A DNA stretch of 64,000 nucleotides from Bugula neritina (Eukaryota; Animalia; Bryozoa): contig OZ037765.1 of the NCBI GenBank assembly GCA_964035545.1, forward strand, positions 19,530,995 through 19,594,994, in the 5' to 3' direction. Positions 51,401 through 64,000 of this stretch are shown here, one piece after another. The notes beneath the pieces were generated by a model. That model saw nothing but the letters and a program-made list of their open reading frames with translations, searched no databases and was not told the origin of the DNA. A program made the position numbers and the translations under genes. Every line of letters starts with the position of its first letter. The stretch's first letter is position 1.

Positions 51401-54400
51401 AAGTTTAATATCTTCTCTAAACCTGTGGATATAGAGGAGGTTGGTCATTCGTCCATGTTTAGTTATATTCACAGAGGTTTGTAACTGACAGCATCACTTA
51501 TATCTCACTGCTAGTGCTAATCTCAACCCCCACTTCCCTGTCTACAGCCAAATATTTTGGCAATGATCTTTTGTTCAAGTCAGAATTTATTGGATTATTG
51601 AGTTTTAATTGATGTAGTTTCTGGAAATGCGTGTGCAAATACCTTTATATGGGTCATTTTACTTAATTTAGTACAAACTCGATATTCCTAATTTTCAGCT
51701 ATTTTTTACGATTTAGCTGCTAATGTATTTGGTTTCTTGTCCTAAACTAATAAAATATCAACAGATACAACTGAATAATTTAGGTTTTCTCTAATTTTGC
51801 TTGATTTTATATGATTTTTTAATTCTTTAGTAAATTAGTATATGCCAATCGTGATGGTTTTTTCATCACGATCAGCACACATGTATTTAGCTCATATGAT
51901 AATGACATTGCTCTTTAATGTTGCAGAGCCATCCAGCCTTTTTTACTATGCATAGTTGGAATCAGCACATAAATTTACACCATATAGTAAACTCTCATGA
52001 ATTTTTAGCAAACTTCAATATAACTTTAAATAAAGTAAAATAACCCATATATTAGTTGCTGCCATTATGTAACTTGTGGGTTGTGCTCTTCAGGTGCCGG
52101 ACTATCATGACATTATAAAGGAGCCAATGGATTTGTCCACAATGATGTCTAAAATAGACCTGCACAAATATCAAGCCTGCCGAGAATTCTTAGATGACAT
52201 AGATCTCATTTGTGCCAATGCTTTAGAATACAACCCTGCCAACTCAATAGCGGGTATAGTAATACAATTACAGGATAGTTGCTAATGCAGTAAGACTTGG
52301 TTTGTTATATATGCTTGTACAGTCACATGTATATAGTTTTACATACAAATGTTGATGCAGGTAGAGCTATACGGCATCGAGCTTGTGCATTGAAAGACAT
52401 GGCTCATGCCCTCATCAGTGCTGAACTGGATGAAGATTTTGAAAAGCAATGCCTTGATATCTTGGAGTCCCGAAAAAATCGAGGTATGTCTGCGCTGAAG
52501 CATAGTTTTGAATATTCGCATATCAACGAACAACATTTTTTCATTTTTATTTAATCAGACTCTTTATTCAATGTTTTGCGTTACAATTTGATAATAAAAC
52601 AAGTGGTGTTTGATACTTATGTGATTCTTTTCGTAGGCAAGAGCCCTTCAAAGTCGGCCCCTAAGTATTACCACACCAAACCTATTTTACCTGCTGGTGC
52701 GGATGGAGCTCGTAGAAATGCTCCAGCTCCGAGCAGATACAGCAAGAGGCTGAAAAGGGAGGAAGTTTCTGATAGTGTTGGTCATCTGGACAAGTGAGTT
52801 TTTTGTACTCTATTTCCTGTTTTTATAACAGCTTTTTATCAACATATAACTTTCCAATGTGCAACTGTATAAAAATGGTTTCTCTCAAATTTGATAAGAA
52901 TTATTCTCTTTTTTTGACACAATGTATACATTTGTTATGTTTTTTTTCCAAAAAATGTAAAAATAACAAAAACAGCGCGTTAACTAATATGCAAAGTGTA
53001 GTTTGGTGACATGGGTTAGCTGTAATGTTATATTAATCGTGATTAAACGAATAAGTTTTATTTAAATGGCTTATAAGTTTAAATTTTAGACAACTACATG
53101 AAATTCTTTTAAATACACCATCCTAAAACAAATGTTTTATAGTTTTTCATGCCTGCAAAATATTTGAGCAATATTAGCTATAATTTCATTACATTCAGAG
53201 CCAAATTTTAAGGCAAAAATCATTGCTGCTACAAATAATATAAACTTTTAGCTTAATTAAACACGAATGTAATGAAATTATAGCTAATATTGCTCAAATG
53301 TTTTGCAGGCATGAAAAACTATAAAACATTTGTTTTAGGATGGTGTATTTAAAATAATTTCATGTAGTTGTCTAAAATTTGAATTTATGAGCTATTTAAA
53401 TCAATCCTAGCTATCATCTCGTTCTTATTTAAATGTTTAGCGGAGAACCTTCAAGAGTATCCCATGACATCACGCAGGATGACATAACTCCTGCTAAAAA
53501 GAGAAAGCGGAGTAGATCTAGGTGGTCTCGTGGCTTACCTCCAAGGAAATCTCGAAAATGTTCAGAAAATGAGCAGGTAATGGGTTCTTATCATCACTTT
53601 GCAGTCTATATTTCAATTTATGCACCTCACTAGTTGTATAGCACCAGCATTTACTAGCTAATTTATGTTTAACTGATGGTGTTACAGAGGGAAGAGACAG
53701 ATGAAGACGAAGATAAAGAGCAAGTGAATGATAGTTTGGAAACTAACGGACATGCTTCAGATGAACAATCATCTCCTGCAGTTGATGTTGATGGAGCTAA
53801 GCGAAATCTTAATACTGCAATTGAAGATGTTGTTGCTACCAGAGAGTGTGAACGCAACGGCGTCGCTAGTGCCACTGGCACAGAGTTGGGTGCTGAAGAT
53901 CTCAGTGAGGAGTCTCGTGGTAGTCGGGATTCCGAGCAACTTGTCAGCGAAACTCAAATAGACACTGTATCAGATGTAGCGCTGCAGCCTATTGATATTG
54001 AAACTAAGAAAGAATTTATAGAATTACAGCAACTTAGTGTTGATATTAGACCTATAGAAATTGTTCAACTAAATGAGAAAGAAATGGGCGTTGAAGGCGA
54101 GGTGGTGGGATCAGCCAATGCATCAGCTTCACCTTCAACGGACACGAAAGCTCAGCTTCCAGAGCTTGAAACAGTTTCCACTCCAGTTAATGAAAATGCT
54201 GAGTCTTCAAATATTGAACCTTTAAAAGCCACATCTCCCGTAGTACGCGAGACCATTGTAGGTGAGGATTGTTTTCATTTTATGATTCAAATATGTTCAT
54301 CTTTGATAATTGTAACCAATGAACTAAAACTTATAGTTGAATGACTGTAAAATATTTATATATATATTTATCACCTCTAATTCTTTCCTGGCCATTCGAT

Positions 54401-54984
54401 TTACTAATTCAACTTTAATATAAATTAAGTTATTCCCTTAATTGACCTCGCATATCAGAATTCTATTCGTGCAAATTCAGCTATGAAGATAAATGTAGAA
54501 ACTAAGTGAGTCTCACGTGTTGTAGAGTTGCCTATGCAATCATCACCTCAGCCTAAGAGACTAACGCGTTCAATGACCAATGACCCTCATGTAATCAAGT
54601 GTATGGAAATACTAGAGGAGCCAACTCCCACATTCAGCATAAATGAAACAAAGCTACCCATTTTACTGAACAGAGCTGTTTTATTGGGTAAACGATGTAA
54701 CATTAGTGAATTGGAGAAAATGTACAGCTTACTGGCTCAACAGATATATAAACACAGATTCTCATACGATAGAGCTGCCCTGGTAGAGGTATGTTATCTG
54801 ATCTCTATAGTCACAAATCTATTTCAAATTGATATCTTTGGGTAGAAGTCCCTCCTACACTTTTAAGCAATTTTTCATCTTAATGATAAGACTCATATTT
54901 CATTCTGATATTGTAAGATGATAATGCTTGTAGGATCTTTTTGATGTCTTGGACAAGCTTATGGCTGAAAAAGTATTAAATTAG
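42497..54984 (+). CDS. ATAD2: ATPase family AAA domain-containing protein 2 (ATAD2/ATAD2B ortholog, AAA+ plus bromodomain), multi-exon
   Basis: [11 protein letters not shown], Walker A GPPG|[32 protein letters not shown], Walker [34 protein letters not shown], bromodomain [23 protein letters not shown]...NALEYNP, and stop TAG at 54982-54984. Confidence 0.96.
49346..49637. mobile_element. Palindromic MITE family copy (right arm truncated)
   Basis: Homologous to 28993-29417, with central hairpin cggaccgttgtg-gtttttt-cgcaacggtccg. Confidence 0.85.
51650..51872. mobile_element. Palindromic MITE family copy (left arm and central hairpin only)
   Basis: gggtcattttacttaatttagtac... homologous to 28993, ending in atcgtgatg-gtttttt-catcacgat. 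Confidence 0.8.
53060..53401. repeat. Long inverted repeat / foldback element (arms about 136 bp, spacer about 67 bp)
   Basis: 53060-53196 is the near-perfect reverse complement of 53264-53401, and both ends read TTTAAA. Confidence 0.9.
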
Positions 54985-55198
54985 GACAATATGCTTTCCG
55001 AGGCCACTTTTTCTTGACAGAACCGTTTCCAGAACTGTATTAGTATTACTAGAACTGTATTAGTATGCACACATTGAATATCTAGGTAATTGGAGTATTT
55101 TGTATTATGCAATGCATTTTATTATTGATATGAATTGTTTATAAAAAAATTCTTAATTGCTGTTCATGTGCACAATAAAAGGCATTTGTCTTGGATAA

Positions 55199-58100
55199 TC
55201 ATGTCTTGTGTCGTTTCTTCACTTTCCAACTTTCCTTTTTGTGCCCAGCTGTATTATAAGAATGCTTCCTTTTTGATATTGGTTTTCTCTTCAGTAAAAT
55301 GCCTGAATTAACATTACATGAACATGTACAAGTTATTAAATAAATTATGCAGTCGAACCGATTTCAAAATTTGTATTTTACGATTTATGCCTTTACAGAA
55401 ATTTTACAATTCATAAGGTACCGTGGGAAAATCTGTTTTACAAAAAATAAATAATTAGAAAGGTATGTAGTATATAGCATATACTGCATGGCCAAATAGT
55501 TCTTTCACATGTCCATTAATAACTGCCATTAGGGATGTCGACATGAAACAGCATTTAGGAGTTGCCCACTTTTATAAATTAAAACCTAAGGACTTGTTTA
55601 TTAGTAGCAAGTCAGAATTGTAGATGACCTTTTTATGTACAAAATAGCCTACAAACCTGCTTGCTTTGTTTCTGTTGAGTGACATGTGTGGCTCTCCAGT
55701 TCACACCGGTTACACTGCAGACAGTGCACTCGAGATTGCTTCACGCAGCGCTTGCAGATCTCACAATGATGATACTGTGGCCCATGCTGTAAATGTATAT
55801 ATTTACACAAAATAAATAAAATACAAAGCCATGATCATCTGTTGCTAATGTGATGAGTTAATTACACTAAAAATTTTAAAGTGAAAGTGAATCTGTACAA
55901 ATAATAAGTGCAAGCATTTATTGAATCGGTTCTTGGACGCTTGAAAACTTGCTATAAATTAACGATGAGATAATCTCAAAGTTTCACTTAGAGAGCAATT
56001 TCATGTCTCTGAAATTTACTGAATGATTAGGTTAATTTTTAGAGCATTTCTCGAATAATTGAACACTCGAACAGGTTGACCAAATGATAAAACTATTTTT
56101 ACAAAAAAGATGAAACTAGTTTAAGGTGAATGTATAACCCAGTCAGCTTTGATTAGTGAATAATTTCAAAAACCAGCAGAATTACTTTTTTACAAACTAA
56201 CTTTAGTCGTGCAGCTCCCACATTGATAACAGTGTTGGTTATCTCTGCTTATGTATTTCAAGCACACTTCACAGAATCTACAACCATTAAAATACACAAA
56301 TATAATTAACACTGAAAACCAAATATAATTTTTGAAAATTAAAAAAAAATAATTGTTTTAGTGGCCACACTAAATTAATTTTTAAATATTGGTATTATGA
56401 TTAACCTATTTTATACAATAAAATTAACAATGGTGGAATAGAAAAAAATCCTAATTTGGGCACACTAATATGCGGAAAAGAGAGTTTCAGTTTAAGAAAC
56501 ACTTCTGATCCCATTTTATGAGAAAACAACAAAACAATAAATACAACCCTTAAAACTTTATGAAAATTTTAGTTTTACAACTTAATGATTATTTTGGCAA
56601 ATATTGCCTCTACTATGAGTAAATTATATCTTGGTTTATAAAAAGCAATAGAGAATTGTAGACTTGTATATATTGACAGATATGAAATGATAAAGCCAAT
56701 ACATGTAGCCCATTATGTGAGCTACCTGTGGATAAAAAGATAGTGCATTAACTCTTTAAAAACAATAAAAAAAAGTTGGAATGAGAAAACATTAGAACTA
56801 CTAGATTACATCATGACAGCTGCTTACTACAGTAGTATTGCTTTAGTTGTTTCAACGCAACAGAAATAAAGAATTTAGATTCATCTACTGATTAGTATGC
56901 ATAAACTGCATAAATACTTTACCTGTATCCATGTTCCTGGGGTAAGACAAATCTCTTCAGTGGTATGTCAGTATAGATTCTAGCAGGAGAACCCTTTGAA
57001 TGTTCTGATACGCCTGCCTTGTAACCACTGTGATTAGAATAATTCACTTTATAGTCTGACATGGCAAGATTGGACAAGTGCTTCTCTACTTGAGGCTCCA
57101 TAAAGTAAGGGAAGAAAAGCAGTCTAGCAACTAAAACAAAGTGTATTTTATTCTATTAAACTCTAATGATTTTAATATTTATGAGATTTCTCATGAAGCA
57201 AACACAGTTTAGGTAAACATGCTTCAAAATTCAAAGAGCTTAAACGAAAAAAAAACTAGTTTTGAAGACTAAAGTTATTGCGGGTATGCAGAACTTAAAC
57301 CAGCAACAATTCAGGGTAGAATTATTTTCAAATCTATGCAATCCAATCTATCATCTCATGTCTTATGTTTTACACAAACAAAAAACTGGTAAAAACTTGA
57401 GGAAATCAATACAGTTGTAGCATTTTACAGTTCAATAAGTCAGCAGCAAATCTAGAAAATTCTATCACCAGCAGAAATGCAAAATATTAACATATGCTTT
57501 TGCTTACACCATATTTAAATGCACGAAGGCCCTCTTTCTTAGCAATCATCAATAAGACAGACACAACGCATAAAAATAACATATACACATTATTTCAACA
57601 ATTTGTCATGCTATTTATGAAAGTATTGAATTACCAGACTTGCAGCTACCGGTAGCTACTATTTTCTTTAGGGTCACAGATAACGCTTGCACCAAACCAC
57701 CATATGGAGGGTCAATTATAATTAACAAACTTTTACTGGAGGCCATAAATTGATGAAACCTTTCTTCTTCTGCAGCATCATAAAAGTGATGGTTAAACAT
57801 GTTGTAGTGAGCATAGTCCTTATGAAATTGTCTCTACAAATAAAACCAACAACACAAAAGAATGAGTGACCATTTAGAAACCAAATTGATTTATAAGAGC
57901 CTGGAATTTAAAAGTGAAAAAATGATGCAATTGTACAAGAATGAAGGAAAATGACTAACCATTCGAACGTCTAGGTCCAGAAGGAAAGTCTCGACACTCT
58001 TATGCTTACCACTGTGCTTAATGTGCTCATGGATAGACGGAGTACCGATACACAGCACCTTATCAAAGTGAAGGGTCGATATGGTAGAACTGATGAAATC

Positions 58101-59625
58101 TATCACATCGGTGGAGAAGAAATATTGCTACAAAATGAAACAAGGTGTGCATGTGCAGTACAATGAAAAAAAATTAGCAGGTAAGTGTACATCAGTATTT
58201 GTGCATCTCAATAATTCTGAATTATAAAATAACCACCAGCTACACCACAGTTCCAAAAGGAGCTCACAATTCTAAAGAAACAATCAAGTTTGTCAAAAAC
58301 AAATTATCAATAAAAAACATTGCTACATTTCCATAAAATGCTAACAATGATTATCTTACCAAACCAAATAACATAAAAAGCTGTTCAATGCATCATCATC
58401 ACTATTTGTTTATAGTCAACAGGTCCATAGAAAAATTATATTTAGACACTTTTTAACAGATTAAAGAAAGTGTGCTACAACACAGTCTAAGAAGCTTAAA
58501 AGCAGCTGTAACTGTGTGTAACTTATGACATTACCAACAGCACTTGGATGTTTCTACTACACACCTAGCATACGCTAGATATGTACTTATATTAAGCAGG
58601 CTACAGCTGATGCAGTTTCTACATACATACCGCATTGCTTGCATTAGATTCCTTAGGGGTGAGAAAACGTGAAGGGTATTTAAGATCAGTTGCTGAGAGA
58701 GTTTTATACTGAGCAGTGTGGGAGTTATCAGCACAAAGTTCACTTGGTAATACAATTCCACAGATCAGGCAAAATTTAATTCTTTGCTTGTGTCTAGAAA
58801 CATAAACACAGCAGACAGTGCACAGTGAAGCTTGAAAACTAAAATAATTCTAGATAAAAAATGCTTTTTCAGACTTGAATTTTCCAAAAGATTGATTTAA
58901 ATGCATATATTTCTGGCAGAAGCATGCTTTATGTAGCTTTTTTTCTTCGTTCTGGTCATAATATATTTATTCAAATAGACAAATATTATCGTCTACATTA
59001 TCATTGATTCTAACAGATTCTAATTATTGTCTAGCATTGTCGACACTCACTGCACAATGCAACTTACATTGAATCTTCCATTATATTCCTGTAGAGTCTG
59101 TTGGAGCTGTTAAAGTTAAGGTAGATCTTTTTGCGCAGTGCCTGTTTTTCTTCAGATTCTTTACGGCCAAATTTTTGATAAAAATTACAGTCTTTTCTGT
59201 TTCGGTATGCAGCACAGGCATAAAATTTGTCAATTACATCTCCTTTATTACTCTTTCGAGAAAATAACAATGTTGGACCTAAACGCATAATGCAAAAAAT
59301 CAGTTCAGGAATAAAGAAATTTTTAAGCGATAAACTTAAAATAAAAACCACTAAATGAAATAACAGCCAATGAAGTTTCATTTTTAAATGCATGTAACAT
59401 TGAGCATTATACACCAAGAGTGACAGCAAATCCTACGATGAACCATTTAACTAAATACCCGTGCCCACAGTTTTTATTGCAGCCTAAACAACACGAGCAT
59501 GAATGTTGCAACGTTTTAGGTGCATAGCAAAATGAAAACAAAACATGCATACCATGTGGACAATACGGAACATCCTCACCGTCCTGTTCACACAGCTCAT
59601 AACCAACATCAGGCTGTTGCATCAT
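55199..59625 (-). CDS. ZCCHC4: 28S rRNA N6-adenosine methyltransferase ZCCHC4 ortholog, 9 coding exons
   Basis: GRF-type finger CPHG|PTLLF...[42 protein letters not shown], catalytic [19 protein letters not shown]...[10 protein letters not shown] and Cys/His-rich [10 protein letters not shown]...HCLQCNRC. The last exon is basic and ends at TGA 55201-55199. Confidence 0.92.
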
Positions 59626-60879
59626 GATAAATTGGCAGTCTTTGAATATTTGAAGCAGCAGGTAGTTTACAGACCCACTAACATGTCAAATTATAATCAA
59701 CTAATATCGTGATGATCGTAACTTGATATCTGCAAAATAACATACAATAATACTTGACAATATAGCAAAACCCAACTTCATTTGAACAGCCCAAATCAGA
59801 AACATAGAAAAACAACAAAATTTATTAAAAACAGCCAATAATACAATTCTTGTTATTAGTTGTTACAAGCTATCTTGATACTAAAGTATCTAAGAAAAAC
59901 AATGACTAATACAAGTATTACATAATTGAAAAACTATCATCAGTCAAAGATAACCAAATCATACAAGTTCATGATTTTTTGACTACATAATATTTTGCTC
60001 AAAAATAGTAATATTTGTTTTTGTATTTGAACATTTTATCACTTGATAATTTTAGCACAGGAAGTTTAACTTTACCAATTTATTTTAATGTTTAAAATAG
60101 TAACCATAAGATATTATAACAACTACAGTTACTACAATATTAGAATAATTGGTGAAGTGTAACTTAGAACCCAGCATGTCATGATCAGCCAAACCTTAAG
60201 TCTCAGAATGGGTTAGACAGAGCTGAGTCAAAGTTGCTGCAAGTTGAGTGTTAACCAGGCCAAGTTACAACTTAGACAAAAACCTCAAATTAAAAATGAT
60301 TTGAAAATGAATAAGTATACATAATGCTATATAGTCATAGTGTTTAGCGCAGCTTTCTTATATCAAGCTAATAAAAAGTTCTCTCAATTAAGATTGTTGA
60401 ACATAGATGTTGCAGTAATGATTGCTCAAATGTACAATGCGAAATTGTCTGAAATTGCCAAGTTATGACACATTACCAACCCGGAACTGATATATTGTAT
60501 GCTATACCGAGAGAAGTGTTGCAATATAGGAAGTTATTTTCTTTCATAAAAGCTACGGAATACAAACTTCAATCACCACTGAACAATGTAGTTAATAACA
60601 TTTCAGATTTTGAGATGCCAGAACTTTGAAGACTTGCATCAAATCAATCAACATTTGAAAAATGGGTATAAGCCACGTTGAGCAGTTGAAACAAGTTAGG
60701 CCAATAATTTTATTTTGATTTTTTCAATTTTAGCAAATTGACTTTTCACTCAAACTAAATATCAGACAGGTTAAATTACTCAAAGCAACTCTGTGGTTAG
60801 ACATATTGCTACTGAGCGCAAAAATACTTGGATTTCATACTTTAGCATGTACTGTTAATAGTACAGGTACTACAATCAC

Positions 60880-61610
60880 CATCAGAGTTCAAGTTACTGT
60901 ATTTCAACTTTCATTTTTCTACTTATACTGAGTTATCGCTACAAATATTAAAACATTAATGGCTATTATAATTCAATCGAATGATTATGATCATAATTAT
61001 GATTATCACATCACTATCATTGATTCGCTGATAATCATTATTAACATGAAATAAATATTTTGCTAGTTATTATTTATTTTATAATTATAAATTACAATAT
61101 ACAAATCTTTCTATTAGAAAACTTATATTGGAAATACTATCAATTTTGAGTATCACTATGATATTGACTATCACTATGAGTATCAGTATGAGTATAACAC
61201 TCAATGACCACTATTCACAATTTAAAATTAAATACTAGTATAAGTATTCTGATTATTAATACTGAAAAAACACCACAGCAGACATATCAGTATGAGTATG
61301 AGCTAATAGTAATACTATAACTATGACATGATCACTACATGATGTGATGAAGTACATGGACTTGGAGTATGAGACTATCACTATGAGTATCAGTATGAGT
61401 ATGACTATGAGTACCACATTCAGTATCACTATGAGCATGATACTGTATAAGTATGTACTGATAGTCATACTGCCTACTGGTACTCGGTATCAGTATCAGT
61501 ATCAGTATGGCATTGACTGATTCAACGACTGTGATTGACTATCAACTCAGTCTCATAGATGATAGTGATACTCTGATACTGATAGTGATAGTACTAAGTA
61601 CAAGTACAAG
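60880..61610. repeat. Degenerate hexamer-periodic tract at the start of ZCCHC4 intron 1
   Basis: gagtatgagactatcactatgagtatcagtatgagtatgactatgagtac and cagtatcagtatcagtat, plus reverse units gatagtgatactctgatactgatagtgatagt. Confidence 0.85.
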
Positions 61611-61619
61611 GTCAAGGTC

Positions 61620-62100
61620 TAGTTTCACGTAAGGAATAGTACTTGTTATTAGTTTGCCAATATTTTTCGTTAGTGAAACTTACCGCTGGTAGGAAATAAA
61701 GAACCTGTGCACTGCATATAAGTGGGAATCTACAAGCTATACAATACAGTTGATCGAAGAAAAGTTTTGCACAATTTGAATCTTCGACAATTTGACAATG
61801 TGATTTACAAAGTGAAAGTGCAAAAATGACAGCGGCAATTGATACGCTAGATTGTTTCAATAAACAAAAAATCACAATAATCTACCGATATTTCGGACGG
61901 CGTTAAAGCCTATTTCCTTTGCTCGTGGTTATTGAATTATGGTTGGCTCAGACAAATGCGGAGCGAAATTGAAGAGGAGTTTCATTTTTCAGAAACAAAA
62001 TAAGGAGACTGTTAAGTGTAGAGGTAGAGGCAAAGTTAAAAACCACTTCTACTTGTACTTGGCACCGAATATGATTTGTGCAAAGCCAGCCTACTGTATA
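61620..62100. promoter_or_regulatory. Putative bidirectional promoter / non-coding first exon of ZCCHC4
   Basis: CpG-containing island, minus-strand donor CG|GTAAGT at 61683-61678, matching acceptor at 59731-59730, and periodic tracts on both sides. Confidence 0.55.
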
Positions 62101-62139
62101 ACTCAGTATAAACAATAGGAAAACGTAATTATTTTAAAA

Positions 62140-63130
62140 TATCAGTGATTACACTGACACTCACTCTCAGTCTCACAGTGGCAGTGATAGAGTTTCAGTG
62201 TGAGTCACCGGGTGTCAGTGTGACAGTATCACTATCGGTATGAGTACGACTATCACTCTGATGTCATAATTATTGAGTACCAGTATGAGCATCAGGATCA
62301 GTATGACATTTACTATCACTATGATTGTACGAGTACGCCGTACGGGTACCATAGGCTGATAAGTCATTAAGTGATAGGGCTTGGCGTAGTGCGAGTACCA
62401 TTACGGTTACGGGCACTAACAGTAGCTCTAATAGTAATATCTGTTATAGCCTGACATTGCATAAAGCTAAAAGATGTAATGGCTTTTTCATGTTAGCTTC
62501 AGCGCTTGTTTTGTTTATTTATATACAGCTATATCAGCTTTTCTGTGCAAGTTAATATATAAGGTGGTAACACTTCTACTGTTTTCATTGTAAATTATTT
62601 TATGATCAATACACCTGTTTGAAACACAACAATATCAATCTGAATGTTAAATTTAATTGAAATTCAATTTACCTTTAGCTTTAGTAATTTTTGTGTTACT
62701 TTAATATTTATCACATGAATTTAATTTTTTATGCTTATACTTGTACTTGTAGTTATACTAGTATTAACTCCGACTGTAATAAGTTAAATTTAACCTTATA
62801 CTAATAGTAATAGTAATACTTCTAGTTATAGTCAAATCAAAAAATAGTGCAGATGCCAATGGTGCAGGCGAGTACTTACTCATAATCATACTCGTTGTCT
62901 TATACCCAGTCCCATACTTACACTTACAGTTACTTACAGTTACTGATACTCATACTACTAGCCATACTCATAATGATAGTCGTACTGATACTGTTTAAAC
63001 TAAGACTCATTGAGTGCTCAGCCTCATGACTTATAGTTTCAGACTGTAGACTAAAGCATAGTTTTGCACTTGCAGTATTTATACTTATAGTTACACATAC
63101 AGCTGCAGTTAACTTAGCCTTAAGCTTATG
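62140..63130. repeat. Degenerate hexamer-periodic tract right of the promoter core
   Basis: cagtatcactatcggtatgagtacgactatcactct, cagtatgagcatcaggatcagtatgac and tactgatactcatactact. Confidence 0.8.
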
Positions 63131-63934
63131 GTTTTAAAAGTAATTGTTTAATATTACTATTAGCAAGTTTTAGTTCATGTTCTTTCATAATATTAATTAT
63201 ATTAACAAGCAACAATGCTAGCAGGTATACTATAATTATTATTGTCATATGTCTAGAGATTGTATTTTTATTAGTGGTTCTTGTTGGACAGTTTCAATTT
63301 GGCTTCCAAGTCTCTATTTTCTATTGCTAAACCTAGGCATATCAAAGACTCAGCTGATAAATTCAGTTTCACTATTTTAAATTCTGCATATTGACTCTAA
63401 TTGGTATTTTTCTTATATGCAAACAATGTTGAGCGTCATTTATAATCATAATAACAGCTCCATTTTATACATGCAAGGTTTGCCAACGCTGATTTAATTT
63501 GAATTGTGTTGGTTTAAGGGAAGAAGCTGTTTGTTAAAATTAGAATATAAGGGTGCAGAAACGATAAGGTTTTTGTGTCAAAAAACTCACACTTAGGTAA
63601 CAGTGAAAAATGTTGAGAAAATAAAAGTTTTTGGTTTCTAATTGTTTATGGTTGTAAGCTGAAAAATAGTAAGGAACATTAAGCATCACTACTATAAAGT
63701 ATGAAAATCACTAATAGTTAGTGCAGGTATCATTTTCATAACATATGCAACAACAAAATGATCTAGAGATCTTACTACTCATGTACAATACCAAACAAAA
63801 ACATGAAAAAACATACAAAAGTTAATATAATAGCATCTTCATATTTAATAACTTTTACACAGCATTTTACTTCAAGCTAAAACCATCTGACTATTGCAAT
63901 AACATAGAAATAAATTTAAAAGCTATTCAATATT

Positions 63935-64000
63935 TGTAGGGCCATGTAAGCGTAGAGCCACACGACGCGATTTACACGTGGGTGACGTGTGAGAAAACCC
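63935..64000 (-). mobile_element. Probable 3' end of another SINE copy (window edge)
   Basis: Ends in tgtgagaaaaccc, matching tgtgagaaacccctg of copies C and D. Truncated by the window. Confidence 0.45.

Overview
AT-rich animal (invertebrate, probably lophotrochozoan; this is inference) genomic DNA with four intact multi-exon genes: SMC6 (+, 3541-13221), a RING/B-box/coiled-coil/beta-propeller TRIM E3 ligase (+, 26579-31417), ATAD2 (+, 42497-54984) and ZCCHC4 (-, 59625-55199). The 13.9-39 kb interval between SMC6 and ATAD2 is accessory. It holds nested transposons (a hAT carrying a CAC-ended 2-bp-TSD element, a Gypsy interrupted by Tc1 and abutting a second Gypsy, a degenerate hAT transposase, a solo LTR, palindromic MITEs and tRNA-Thr-derived SINEs) and four copies of an orphan exon cassette whose product resembles a divergent death-effector domain. 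The most striking unexplained signal is a degenerate 6-bp-periodic sequence grammar (S-A-S-T-A-T: CAGTAT/GAGTAT/CACTAT/GACTAT and relatives, on both strands). It forms 0.2-1.5 kb tracts next to all four inferred CpG-containing promoter cores, filling the start of long non-coding first introns, and I did not notice comparable tracts in internal introns. Exon boundaries and promoter calls were read by eye and have no transcript support.
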